DNA of 64,000 nt, from NCBI GenBank assembly GCA_016929235.1, contig JAFGJD010000004.1:256866-320865 (forward strand), read 5' to 3'. The number at the start of each line of letters is the position of its first letter. Positions within the stretch are counted from its first letter, which is position 1. Position numbers and translations under genes: made by a program. Of this stretch, positions 37,892 through 46,929 are shown piece after piece. The notes below the pieces were generated by a model. That model made no database searches. It saw only the letters and a list, made by a program, of their open reading frames with translations, and was not told the origin of the DNA. This DNA is from Candidatus Babeliales bacterium (GTDB taxonomy: Bacteria > Babelota > Babeliae > Babelales > JABCYS01).

Positions 37892-38905
37892 ATGAAATAT
37901 CTTCCTACAGCACGTTTGACGTTTCTCATGAGTACATTGTTACTTCTTTCTGCATGTAACTGGTGGGGAAGTAAGGATGCAGCAACGGGAGTTAGCTCCT
38001 CTGTTGCAAATGAAACTATCCTTCTTTCGTTGGATGGTAAGCCTGTTATTACGGTAAAAGAGTTTGAAACCTTTTATAATCAAACACTTGAACAACAGCC
38101 GCAACTTGCACAATTTGCTGCATTTATGCCTGACCTCAAAGAAAATCTTTACAATACATTTGCAAGTTACAAGTTATTAGAATACTGGATTCGTGATAAC
38201 AAGATTAATCAAAAGCCAGAGTACGTATCTGATCGTGATATGTTAATTGAAAATATTGAGCGAAGTCTTGCGTTAAAATATTTCCAGCTTCAGTTTCCTG
38301 TAGATGTTCGTGATGCAGATGTAAAAAAATATTACGAAGATAACAAAGAGACGATCTATCTTATGGCACCTTCTGGCATAGCCGCATTGGGTGCATCATT
38401 TGGTTCAGAAAAAGACGCACAAGCCTTTTTTTCAAAAGCAAAAAAAGCTGACGATTTTATTGCACTTGCAAAAGATGACGATGTAACCGTCCGCAACTTT
38501 GGTCGTGTCAACGAACAAAGTAATAACTTGGACGAAGGGCTCAAGCAGAATATTTTGGGCGTGAGTTCATTCCCATCAGTACAATTATTTGTCGTTGGTG
38601 ATACTCATTGGGTTGTCCAAGTAAAATCAAAAGATGAAGCGAAATATTATTCATTTGAACAAGCTGAAGATGATGCTCGTACTCGTATTATGGCAGAACG
38701 TTCTAATGATATGCTTATGAAGGAAATTGAAAACCTTAAATCAAAATACAATGTTATTGAAAACAAAACGTATTTTGAAACACAGGCTCAAGAACAGCAA
38801 CCAATGCCTGATATGAGTTCTATCTTGTCAGACGAAATAGATCCTAGTTTATTGAGTCATGATGATAAATCATTTTCTGATGAGCTTCCTGTACAAAAAG
38901 CGTAA
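37892..38905 (+). CDS. periplasmic chaperone-like lipoprotein (SurA/PpiD-like, no obvious parvulin domain)
   Basis: Lipobox LLLLSAC. Helical N-terminal region resembling SurA_N or trigger-factor-like chaperones. The family call is weak. Confidence 0.4.
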   Translation: MKYLPTARLTFLMSTLLLLSACNWWGSKDAATGVSSSVANETILLSLDGKPVITVKEFETFYNQTLEQQPQLAQFAAFMPDLKENLYNTFASYKLLEYWIRDNKINQKPEYVSDRDMLIENIERSLALKYFQLQFPVDVRDADVKKYYEDNKETIYLMAPSGIAALGASFGSEKDAQAFFSKAKKADDFIALAKDDDVTVRNFGRVNEQSNNLDEGLKQNILGVSSFPSVQLFVVGDTHWVVQVKSKDEAKYYSFEQAEDDARTRIMAERSNDMLMKEIENLKSKYNVIENKTYFETQAQEQQPMPDMSSILSDEIDPSLLSHDDKSFSDELPVQKA

Positions 38906-38914
38906 GGTCAAGGA

Positions 38915-39760
38915 ATGAACAACCGAATACTTCTTCTGCTTAGTATTGGGTTTTTGGCGCATGCTGAACAAAAGATCCTTATCGATCGGATCGAGGCGGT
39001 TGTTCATGGGACTGAGGCAACTGAGCTTGTAACGAAGGCGGATATTGAACGTCCAAGTTTAAGTGGAGCTCCTCGTTCTAAGGACGAGGTTTTACTCGAA
39101 CGGCTTATGTTTCAGGATGCACTTAAATATCGTGTCATGGTCGATGAAAAATCGATTGACGAGTACATCGAAAAAATAAAAAAACAAAATAACGCAACAC
39201 AAGATGACATCAAACAAATGTTTCATGATGCCGGGTATACCTACGAGGAAGGGCGTAGGCATCTTGGCATCATGCAAGCAAGTGCTCAAATCTCGGATTA
39301 CAAAGTGCGCTCAAAAATCTTGGTAACTGAGCAGCAAGTCAAAGAGTATTATGACGAACATCCAAAGTATTATCCTGCTGTATATCGCTTTGAGCGGGCA
39401 ATGATTCCTGCAAAAGAGGGTGATGAAAAAGAGATACAAAAGAAGCTCGACAAATATGCAAAAACGCACAAAGGCATTGTCCTCGTATGGCGTACGCTGC
39501 CAGATGTTGCCGAGTCGGAGCTTGATGAAAATTTACATTTTTTGAAAAAACTCAAACAGGACGAGTTATCAAAGCCTCGTGCATTAAAAGATGGTGGGTT
39601 TGATGTGTTTCGCTTGCGTTGGAAAAAGGAATCAGAGATTATACCGTTCGATGAACGGTATCGAGAAATCTCAGAAATTCTACGTAAACCTCAATATGAA
39701 GAATTACTCTCGGCTTATAAAAAAGAGCTATGGGACAACGCTTCGATCATATATCTCTAG
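38915..39760 (+). CDS. SurA N-terminal-domain-like periplasmic protein
   Basis: Signal peptide, then IDRIEAVVHGTEATELVTKADIE, resembling the SurA N-terminal motif (DRIVAVVN...I..S.L). Confidence 0.4.
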   Translation: MNNRILLLLSIGFLAHAEQKILIDRIEAVVHGTEATELVTKADIERPSLSGAPRSKDEVLLERLMFQDALKYRVMVDEKSIDEYIEKIKKQNNATQDDIKQMFHDAGYTYEEGRRHLGIMQASAQISDYKVRSKILVTEQQVKEYYDEHPKYYPAVYRFERAMIPAKEGDEKEIQKKLDKYAKTHKGIVLVWRTLPDVAESELDENLHFLKKLKQDELSKPRALKDGGFDVFRLRWKKESEIIPFDERYREISEILRKPQYEELLSAYKKELWDNASIIYL

Positions 39761-39876
39761 TTCTATGTCCAGTTGCGAACCTGTTTGGTCCGTAGATCCA
39801 CATCGTCATTGCCCTCATGTTCTTCTGTGTATATCATCATTATGAGAAGGGTGAATGAGTACATAAGGGTATTGTT

Positions 39877-40107
39877 ATGGTCTTAAGCCGTTGTATATTA
39901 ACAACTTTACTCATCGGCGTGGTTACGCTGTTATTTGTGTCAAGTGCCAATACTGTCTCCAGCGTAGAAGCTCGTAGTCCTGAAGAGAGTATAGAGCATG
40001 CATCTCCGATGGATACAAAAGAAGAAAAAGTCCGTCCTGAGACTTATGAGATGCAGGCTTTGCTTATAGTGACAGGTTTTACGTTGGCTTTCCTTGGGCT
40101 TGTTTAA
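39877..40107 (+). CDS. small signal-peptide/TM protein (paralog A, N-terminal part)
   Basis: 76-aa ORF with signal MVLSRCILTTLLIGVVTLLFVSS and C-terminal TM helix ALLIVTGFTLAFLGLV. Its upstream DNA is homologous to that of 42058..42435. Confidence 0.45.
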   Translation: MVLSRCILTTLLIGVVTLLFVSSANTVSSVEARSPEESIEHASPMDTKEEKVRPETYEMQALLIVTGFTLAFLGLV

Positions 40108-40151
40108 GGCAAGAAAGAGCTCTCAGGGTATTAATAAAAGAAGGCCTTACA

Positions 40152-40337
40152 TTGTTGGAGTACGACTCTGGCGATACTAATGTTGAGCAATGTATGAATT
40201 TGCCCCGTGCAAAGCGGAATGAGCTTATTGAATGCTTTCGCCTGATGCTGCGGGCACAGGAACAGCAAGCAGCTGAGCTAGCCTTGCTAGAAAAGTTGCA
40301 ACAGCTGTGGTTGACTGCATTCAATGCCCTAGAATAA
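40152..40337 (+). CDS. possible detached C-terminal part of paralog A (TTG start) or pseudogene fragment
   Basis: This frame is open from 40050. DSGDTNVEQCMNLPRAKRNELIE resembles LSPNNVDDIVRRYRIARRRELNI of paralog B. It lies in a different frame from 39877..40107. Confidence 0.3.
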   Translation: MLEYDSGDTNVEQCMNLPRAKRNELIECFRLMLRAQEQQAAELALLEKLQQLWLTAFNALE

Positions 40338-40445
40338 GATGATACAGCCAAGCTTGGGCAGAGGGGTTGTTTAAAATTGCGCTAGGCGTAAAGCCTTGCA
40401 AATACTTCTTTGTTTTTTAGATAATGTGTGTAAAAGGAGAAGTAT

Positions 40446-41678
40446 ATGAAGAAGAGCGTGGTAGTGGTGGGAGTGCTAGGATGTCTCCTTATGGTTCCGA
40501 TAGTATTTTGGTCCATGGAACAAGGTGGACCCGCTCGTGCGGGGAAGGGCAAAGAAAGAGAAGAGATTGAGGAAGTGATCCAAGCAGAGGCATCGCTGTG
40601 GGAATGGTTGGTTGGAGCATTGTGGGAAGCGGGAAGCGCCTTATTCCCTGTGGTAAGGGGAAGGTCAACTGCAGCAGATGATGAGTTGAGGGAATGGGCA
40701 TTAGCAAATCCAAATGATCCAAGGTCAATAGAATATTTTATATATACGGGTGCACAGCCAGGTCCAGCTGAAGTTGCTCACGCGAGAGAAGAAGTGGAAG
40801 AAAGCAAGGAAGAGATGATAGAGCAGCTGGCGGCCGGAGAGGCGGGTCCTTCAGGAGAGGCAGAACCTGAGATAGTTCGCTTATTAAGAGCTGCACAGGA
40901 ACGTCTTCCAGTACCCGAAAGACCGACACGGGGAGATGTCCCCAGTTTACAGGATCAAATAATTAATCGCATAGTTGATTTGATATCCGTTGATCAAGAG
41001 ATATGGCGTCAGATACGAGATAAAGAACCATATTTGCCAGTGGCATTTAAACAATTAATTGAAAAAAAATATCTTGAACGTTATGAGCATAGCTTACCTG
41101 AGTATGATTATGCCATACATGATTTAAATGATTTAATTGAAGAGGGAAGTGGTAATGAGCCGCGACTAGTTATCAACCATCCGTGGCTTGTGAGCTTAGT
41201 GGGCCTTACCCAGATTAAAGGAATTAGCAAGGTTCGCGAGTTGGTAATACAAGGTGCAACTATTTATGAGATTCCTTCTGAAATAGGTGATTTGGTACAA
41301 TTACGAGAGCTCAATTTACGAGGTACAAGAATAACACAGTTGCCCGCAGAGATTGGTCGCTTAGCCAATTTGCAAACTCTTAATTTAGAAGACACAAGAA
41401 TAACACAGTTGCCCGTAGAGATTGGTCGCTTAGCCAATCTGCAAACTCTTGATTTAGGAAACACAAGAATAACACAGTTGCCCGCAGAGATTGGTCGCTT
41501 AGCCAATCTGCAAACTCTTGATTTAGGAGACACAAGAATAACACAGTTGCCCGCAGAGATTGGTCGCTTAACCCAATTAAGCTATCTTAATTTGATGAAT
41601 ACCCCACTGGCTCGAAATCAAAAAGAGATACATAAAATTAGAAAATTGCTGCCTGAGGGGTGTTGGTTTTTGTTCTGA
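40446..41678 (+). CDS. secreted leucine-rich-repeat protein (eukaryote-like 23-aa LRRs)
   Basis: AGGAG Shine-Dalgarno sequence. Signal MKKSVVVVGVLGCLLMVPIVFWS. C-terminal repeats TRITQLPAEIGRLANLQTLDLG. Confidence 0.8.
   Translation: MKKSVVVVGVLGCLLMVPIVFWSMEQGGPARAGKGKEREEIEEVIQAEASLWEWLVGALWEAGSALFPVVRGRSTAADDELREWALANPNDPRSIEYFIYTGAQPGPAEVAHAREEVEESKEEMIEQLAAGEAGPSGEAEPEIVRLLRAAQERLPVPERPTRGDVPSLQDQIINRIVDLISVDQEIWRQIRDKEPYLPVAFKQLIEKKYLERYEHSLPEYDYAIHDLNDLIEEGSGNEPRLVINHPWLVSLVGLTQIKGISKVRELVIQGATIYEIPSEIGDLVQLRELNLRGTRITQLPAEIGRLANLQTLNLEDTRITQLPVEIGRLANLQTLDLGNTRITQLPAEIGRLANLQTLDLGDTRITQLPAEIGRLTQLSYLNLMNTPLARNQKEIHKIRKLLPEGCWFLF
41325..41600 (+). repeat. 4 x 69-bp in-frame tandem repeat inside the LRR gene
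   Basis: Units start at 41325, 41394, 41463 and 41532. Unit 1 vs unit 2 differ at 5/69 positions; unit 2 vs unit 3 at 2/69. Unit 4 diverges after about 40 nt. Confidence 0.9.
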
Positions 41679-42057
41679 AATTGTTCGTGTTATGCTAAAA
41701 ATGTAGCGAATTTTTTGCTTTTTGAAGAACACCAGTTGTTCTCTACTGGTAGAGTTTATGTATTCTTGAATAGTAGCAAAAAGCTCTTGCGTGTTTATGG
41801 ATGCATTTAAGGTAGGGTTTGTTGTTCGTGTTTTTTAACTTGGTGTTTGGGTATAATGGTTTACAAGATAATTTGCTGAGTTGCATGTTTTTTGAATTCC
41901 GTAAAGATCTGCCTAGTGCATTGTCCTGTGGTAAAGCCAGGTGCGAACAGATTTGGTGTGTAGATCTATACTTTTTGACACACCCCTTATTCTCGTGTTT
42001 TACTGCGTATATCATGATTATGACAAGGATGATTCAGTCCAGAAGGGGGTTTTCGTT

Positions 42058-42435
42058 GTGAATTTTAATCACTGTATGCGCGGGATAATCGGGGTGGGCT
42101 TATTGGTCATTGGAATTGAATCGACAGTTTATACTGTTGAGTCCAGCCCTTCTGTTCCGGAGGTCTCTCCATTGTCGTCTGAGGTGGAAAGGGAGAATTT
42201 GATGGGTCCAAATGAAGCAAAGAGCTATGGATCGCACGTTGCTTTAGGTATGGTGTTGATCATCCTAACCGCCTGCGGTCTGGCTTGGAAAACGGAGACA
42301 GATGCTATTAAGCGTCTTAGCCCTAATAATGTGGATGACATTGTACGCAGATACCGGATCGCTCGTCGTCGTGAATTAAATATAGGGAATGAAGCACTCC
42401 CAGCGACTACGGGGTTTTTGAATCATCATGCATAG
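42058..42435 (+). CDS. small signal-peptide/TM protein (paralog B)
   Basis: GTG 42058 is preceded by AAGGGGG and aligns with the ATG of paralog A. It has a signal, an S/E/P-rich linker, TM helix VALGMVLIILTACGLA, and a basic tail. The 3' end overlaps sbcD by 29 nt. Confidence 0.45.
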   Translation: MNFNHCMRGIIGVGLLVIGIESTVYTVESSPSVPEVSPLSSEVERENLMGPNEAKSYGSHVALGMVLIILTACGLAWKTETDAIKRLSPNNVDDIVRRYRIARRRELNIGNEALPATTGFLNHHA

Positions 42436-43648
42436 ACGATTCCAGTTCAAGGGCTTGTTTGAGAAGATCCTGCTTGCGCTTTTTGAGTGTTTCCTGAGAC
42501 TCTAGATATGTTTCCAATAATTCTTGTGTGTTCATCGAGACGTTCATAGCCGAAGTTCGCCTCTCGCGTTTTTCAGCCTGTTGGATAGGGATAATACCCG
42601 TTATGTAATGGGCTTGAGAGCAGGCCTTTTGAATCTCATACAGATCAATAGTGTCTCGTTGGCCGGGTGGCAGGGTATAGATGATCTTAACGATGGTATC
42701 TCTCAGATCATGGTCTGCCAACGATTCAAGGAGCTGTTCTGTCTGATCTCGATTTGCCGATAGGGTGCATTCAACTTGTACAAACCGCCTTGTGGGGGTT
42801 GGTATGAACTTGTAGGATGTCTTTCCTTTGGCCTCAATCGTGACAAGGCAGAATCCCTTTTCTTCCTTGCGCTCTCCGAAATCTATCCGCTCTACTGATC
42901 CAGAATAAACCAATGGGGGATGGCCGTTTTTATTTAAATTTTGGTGGCGGTGTAGGTGACCTAAGGCAACGTAATCAAAGGGTGATATGGCAAGATGCGA
43001 TGGTAAAAAGGTTGGGTCGGTGCCAAGGAGGGCGCGCTTTTCCGAGCCTGAAAATATCCCTTCACTTACGGTCAGATGCCCAGCCATGACTGCCGGAATA
43101 GATGGATCTAGTTGTTGCGCAAGATTTTGAATAATGGCTATGACTGAGCGGGTAATATATGAAGTGATCTCTTCAGCTGATTTTGAGAGGTGCTCTTTCG
43201 AGATACTGATAGTATTACGAGTTGGCCATGGAATACCAACGATGTTTACGGGACCGTTCTTTGTTTTGAGTTGAATGATACGAGGCTTGGAAACAACATA
43301 CATAGTCGGAAGTGGCACATCACCAAATACGTCGAGTGCGCTTGCCTTACCAAAGCTGAGAGGATTATCGTGGTTTCCAATGATACTGATTGTTGGAATA
43401 TTGGCCTCGTGGAGTCGTAAAAAACATTTCATGAGCAATTGTTGCTGTGTTGGGCTTGGATGCGCTGTTTTATAGGCATCACCTGCAAATAGGAAAAAAT
43501 CAACTTCTTGTTCTATCGCAACATCAATACATGCATTGAGTGCCTTGTTGAAATCAAGCAAACGCGTATGGATTCCAGTTTCGGGATCTATCTTGCCATA
43601 ATTCTCCACTCCAAAATGGATATCAGCAGTATGTACAAAGCGAATCAT
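42407..43648 (-). CDS. sbcD: exonuclease SbcD / Mre11-family nuclease
   Basis: Calcineurin-like phosphoesterase motifs: FVHTADIHFG, FAGDAYK, GNHD, and GHLH. Confidence 0.85.
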   Translation of the reverse strand: MIRFVHTADIHFGVENYGKIDPETGIHTRLLDFNKALNACIDVAIEQEVDFFLFAGDAYKTAHPSPTQQQLLMKCFLRLHEANIPTISIIGNHDNPLSFGKASALDVFGDVPLPTMYVVSKPRIIQLKTKNGPVNIVGIPWPTRNTISISKEHLSKSAEEITSYITRSVIAIIQNLAQQLDPSIPAVMAGHLTVSEGIFSGSEKRALLGTDPTFLPSHLAISPFDYVALGHLHRHQNLNKNGHPPLVYSGSVERIDFGERKEEKGFCLVTIEAKGKTSYKFIPTPTRRFVQVECTLSANRDQTEQLLESLADHDLRDTIVKIIYTLPPGQRDTIDLYEIQKACSQAHYITGIIPIQQAEKRERRTSAMNVSMNTQELLETYLESQETLKKRKQDLLKQALELESSMHDDSKTP

Positions 43649-44778
43649 GAAGCTCCTGAAGTCAATGATTGACGGTGCTTTTGTGAAGATATTTTTTCTT
43701 CTGATGAATTCTTTGAGATAATGCGTTGAGTTACTTTTTGGAATGATTCTACGTGCATATGTTCTTCGACGATAGAGTATTTTGAAATATGAGTGTGCGA
43801 ACCAATATGACCATGCGATTGAATTTTCGAGTCATCGATAATGCAATGTGGTTCCGTGGTTACATAATCTCCGAGTATACTATTGGTAATGACTGCATGC
43901 GCACCAAGTGAACAATGAGCTCCGATGGAAGTGGTTCCTGTGATGTAAGCACCAGCGCCAATGATGGTTCCAGGTTCGATAGTTACAGAGAGATCAATGT
44001 GTGTTGTCAGTGGCATCATGAATCGTACACCATTTTGCATCCAGTGCTGAATCAGCTCAGAGCGTTTAATGTGTTCCACTTCCCATAATTCCTTAAACGT
44101 ATTTATACCGCGAATGAAATCGTAGGGCACAACGGTTGTTGTAACGTTTTGACCGGCATCACTGGCGAGTTTAGCAAGGTCTGTCAGATAGAATTCTTGT
44201 TTGCTATTATTTTGATCAATCTCTTGAATATATGTTTCAAGGAACGCACGATTAAATAGATAGATACCTGCATTAATGTACGGGGCTTCATTAATGCTTC
44301 CTGTGTAATCACGTGCTTCTACAATGCTGATGTGTGAATTGTTTTGTACAACGCGACCATAACCTGATGGCTCGGTATGGTGTGATGTCACAAAGCTCAT
44401 AACCGCATCGTTGATTATGTGTTTGTTGTAGAGTGTTTCAATGATGTCACTTGTAATGAGTGGCATATCTCCATTCATAATTAAGATGAGATCTTTATTC
44501 CATAGCCGTTGCGTGCATGCAACGGCGTGTCCGGTTCCCAACTGTTCAGTTTGCTCTACGATAGATATAGGAATCTTGAGATTGTTATTGAGAGTGTGAA
44601 TCAACACATCTTTTTGGAAACCAACAACAGCGGTCGTTGGTATGTTCAGGGCTTCGAGGAGGCGAGTGCCGTAAAGAATCATTTCTTGGCCGCATATCTT
44701 GTGGAGGAGTTTGCTTGTTCCTGTTTTAAATCGTGTCGATTTCCCTGCCGCCAGAACGATTGCTTGAACATTATTCAT
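43645..44778 (-). CDS. glmU: GlmU-like sugar-1-phosphate nucleotidyltransferase with short left-handed beta-helix domain
   Basis: N-terminal AIVLAAGKSTRFKTGTSKLLHKICG and hexapeptide repeats in the C-terminal third. At about 377 aa it is shorter than typical GlmU. ATGA overlap with sbcD. Confidence 0.7.
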   Translation of the reverse strand: MNNVQAIVLAAGKSTRFKTGTSKLLHKICGQEMILYGTRLLEALNIPTTAVVGFQKDVLIHTLNNNLKIPISIVEQTEQLGTGHAVACTQRLWNKDLILIMNGDMPLITSDIIETLYNKHIINDAVMSFVTSHHTEPSGYGRVVQNNSHISIVEARDYTGSINEAPYINAGIYLFNRAFLETYIQEIDQNNSKQEFYLTDLAKLASDAGQNVTTTVVPYDFIRGINTFKELWEVEHIKRSELIQHWMQNGVRFMMPLTTHIDLSVTIEPGTIIGAGAYITGTTSIGAHCSLGAHAVITNSILGDYVTTEPHCIIDDSKIQSHGHIGSHTHISKYSIVEEHMHVESFQKVTQRIISKNSSEEKISSQKHRQSLTSGAS

Positions 44779-44917
44779 CAGATGTCTCCATTGTAGGACA
44801 TAATACGTGTCAAAAATCGCCACAGTCTAGCATAGGATATTAGTGAAGGGTAGTTCTAAACATGGTATTTAAAAGCTGAAAAGACAGGGTATACTAGGGA
44901 TATGCCTTTCAGATTTT

Positions 44918-45011
44918 GGAGAGATGGCTGAGTGGTCGAAAGCGGCCGCCTCGAAAGCGGTTATTCCGGATAAAACCGGGATCGGGGGTTCGAATCCCCC
45001 TCTCTCCTCCA
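44918..45011 (+). tRNA. tRNA-Ser (anticodon CGA), class II with long variable arm, CCA encoded
   Basis: Acceptor stem GGAGAGA/TCTCTCC. D arm GCT-GAGTGGTCGAA-AGC. Anticodon stem-loop GCCGC-CTCGAAA-GCGGT. Variable stem TCCGG/CCGGG. T arm GGGGG-TTCGAAT-CCCCC. Confidence 0.9.
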
Positions 45012-45090
45012 GTGCTTTTGAAAAAATTACCCATCTTACTACACTGAGTGCCGGTATATTTCCCCACGGTTCGCCAAAGGAGGCCTTTCT

Positions 45091-45507
45091 ATGAATACCC
45101 CACGAGTTTTTGGACTGAGTGTAGCAGTCTGGTTTGTCGGCTACGTATTTCGCATATTGACCTGTGGCTGGCTTTTTACTTGGGTTTATATGATTCCGCC
45201 ACATATCTGGGTTGATCCTCAAGCTATGATGCAGCTACCATCTTTGGTAGGAATGAATCTTATTTCGTGGCTTCACGCATTGATGTTTGTTGTAGTATAT
45301 GCCTTTGTCAATAAATATATGCCATTTAAAGGCGTTACTGGCGGGTTACTGTATGGATTAGGAGTAACACTTGTCAGTTCATTTGGTATGTTGACCATGC
45401 CCTTTTATATGACCATTGCACCGACGGTTGTTATCTATTGGGTTCTCCAGGGATTAATTCTTAATATGGTAAATGGTGCGATTATGGGTAAGTGGTATCG
45501 CTTATAA
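45091..45507 (+). CDS. hypothetical 4-TM membrane protein
   Basis: 138-aa hydrophobic ORF preceded by AGGAGG. Confidence 0.5.
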   Translation: MNTPRVFGLSVAVWFVGYVFRILTCGWLFTWVYMIPPHIWVDPQAMMQLPSLVGMNLISWLHALMFVVVYAFVNKYMPFKGVTGGLLYGLGVTLVSSFGMLTMPFYMTIAPTVVIYWVLQGLILNMVNGAIMGKWYRL

Positions 45508-45529
45508 GTTTGTATGGCTTATGCACGGT

Positions 45530-45568
45530 AATGCGCTGAAATGTTTGATTGTTTTGGCGCATTTTTTT
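45530..45568 (+). terminator. possible terminator after 45091..45507
   Basis: Stem AATGCGC/GCGCATT with a 20-nt loop, followed by a T7 run. The large loop lowers confidence. Confidence 0.35.
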
Positions 45569-45670
45569 GTATGCGACCTGTAGTACACTCTTCTTGACTA
45601 TCCATTGTATTTGCATAATCTTAAAGCCTCAGTTTATCACGTGATTTTCGCGATCTATTCGGGATAGTAT

Positions 45671-46912
45671 ATGAGGGCTCACTTAAGAACTTTGTTTTTT
45701 ATCGTACTGAGCGTTGCGCCATGTCGTGCAATGATCTATGACAATAAGTTTTTGCCTCTCGGTCCATATCGCTTTTCTCGTAAGTACACCGATTCAACTA
45801 TTGCTGTTCCTCAAGCATTCGCTATTACTGGCCATGAGTCTCATAGTGTTACTCATGAAGATGTCGCGCTATTTGGTCTTTATGGAAGTTATAATCTCGC
45901 TGCAGTGAGTAATGCATTAGGAGATGTTGGATCACCAAATCCACTGCGTAGTGAATGGCGTACGGCGACTATTCCATGGCGTATGGATGGAAAGGTCCAG
46001 GGCGGTGGTCTTGCTATTGCGTATAATCAGCCGCTAACGGATACACTTTCGTTTACTGCCAATACGATGTTTCTGCATATGAGATCTCGTATTGATTTTA
46101 CGTTGCTGACAGGTTCAGTGACTCCAACACACGTAAAAGAGGGTTCTGGTAATATTGGAGAGTTGGATCGAACGCGTCGTCAGGCGAATGATTTTTTGGG
46201 TATCACATCAGAAGTTGCAAGTGAAGCAGGTTTTGGTGATTTGGATGCTAGTGTTCGATATGGTAAAAAGTGGGATTATCCAAGGAAATTTAAAAGCATT
46301 GACGCAGGTGGGCGGTTTGGAATTATTTTCCCAACCGGTGTTCGTAGGCATTATAACAATGCAGCCTCGCTTGCATTTGGAAGTGATGGGCACTATGGAG
46401 TCTATTTTGAGGGTGACGGAGAGTTTGAGCTTAAGGAAGACATCAAATTCAGTACTTTTGCGCGTCTTACTAAGCGGGTAGGCCGTGAATTGATGCATCG
46501 TGTTCCTACGCAGCAGTGGCGAGAAGCAATTAATTACGGAGCAATTGTTGGCAAATTTAAAGTGGATCCTGGCGTTGCTTTGACGTTTGGTGCCAAGGTT
46601 GCACTTGAGGATATAAATAGAGGCTTTGGAGCGTCGGTTCGTTATATCTGGACTAAAAAGTGGTGTGATACTTGGACTGACAAACGAAGTGATCAAACTG
46701 TTGCATTTGCCAAGAACAGTATGGAATCTTTTTCTCGGTTTACGTCTGAGTATGTAACGATTGGTGCATTTTACGATTTCAGCAAACGAGTAACGGTTGA
46801 TGATACAGGTCCGCTGATCTCCCTAACATGGGACATTCCCACAACACAGCTTGGGGGTGAGGGCGTTGCTGCCATTAATCGAGTAACAGTTGGTGTAGAA
46901 TGGGATTTTTAA
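45671..46912 (+). CDS. putative outer-membrane beta-barrel protein
   Basis: Signal MRAHLRTLFFIVLSVAPCRA. Alternating beta-strand pattern. C-terminal VTVGVEWDF ends in Phe, as in an OMP signature. Confidence 0.55.
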   Translation: MRAHLRTLFFIVLSVAPCRAMIYDNKFLPLGPYRFSRKYTDSTIAVPQAFAITGHESHSVTHEDVALFGLYGSYNLAAVSNALGDVGSPNPLRSEWRTATIPWRMDGKVQGGGLAIAYNQPLTDTLSFTANTMFLHMRSRIDFTLLTGSVTPTHVKEGSGNIGELDRTRRQANDFLGITSEVASEAGFGDLDASVRYGKKWDYPRKFKSIDAGGRFGIIFPTGVRRHYNNAASLAFGSDGHYGVYFEGDGEFELKEDIKFSTFARLTKRVGRELMHRVPTQQWREAINYGAIVGKFKVDPGVALTFGAKVALEDINRGFGASVRYIWTKKWCDTWTDKRSDQTVAFAKNSMESFSRFTSEYVTIGAFYDFSKRVTVDDTGPLISLTWDIPTTQLGGEGVAAINRVTVGVEWDF

Positions 46913-46929
46913 ACAGAGAGAGATAGGTC

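Noticed and set aside
40079-40351. 90-aa minus-strand ORF
   Set aside because: It is antisense to the frame that shows similarity to paralog B. It is Ser/Cys/Arg-rich, as is typical of antisense artefacts.
41325-41600. Regular 69-bp repeats as a CRISPR array
   Set aside because: The units are contiguous with no spacers, are in-frame, and encode LRR units within a long ORF. No cas genes are nearby.
44869-45222. 117-aa minus-strand ORF
   Set aside because: It runs antisense across tRNA-Ser and into the well-supported plus-strand gene at 45091.
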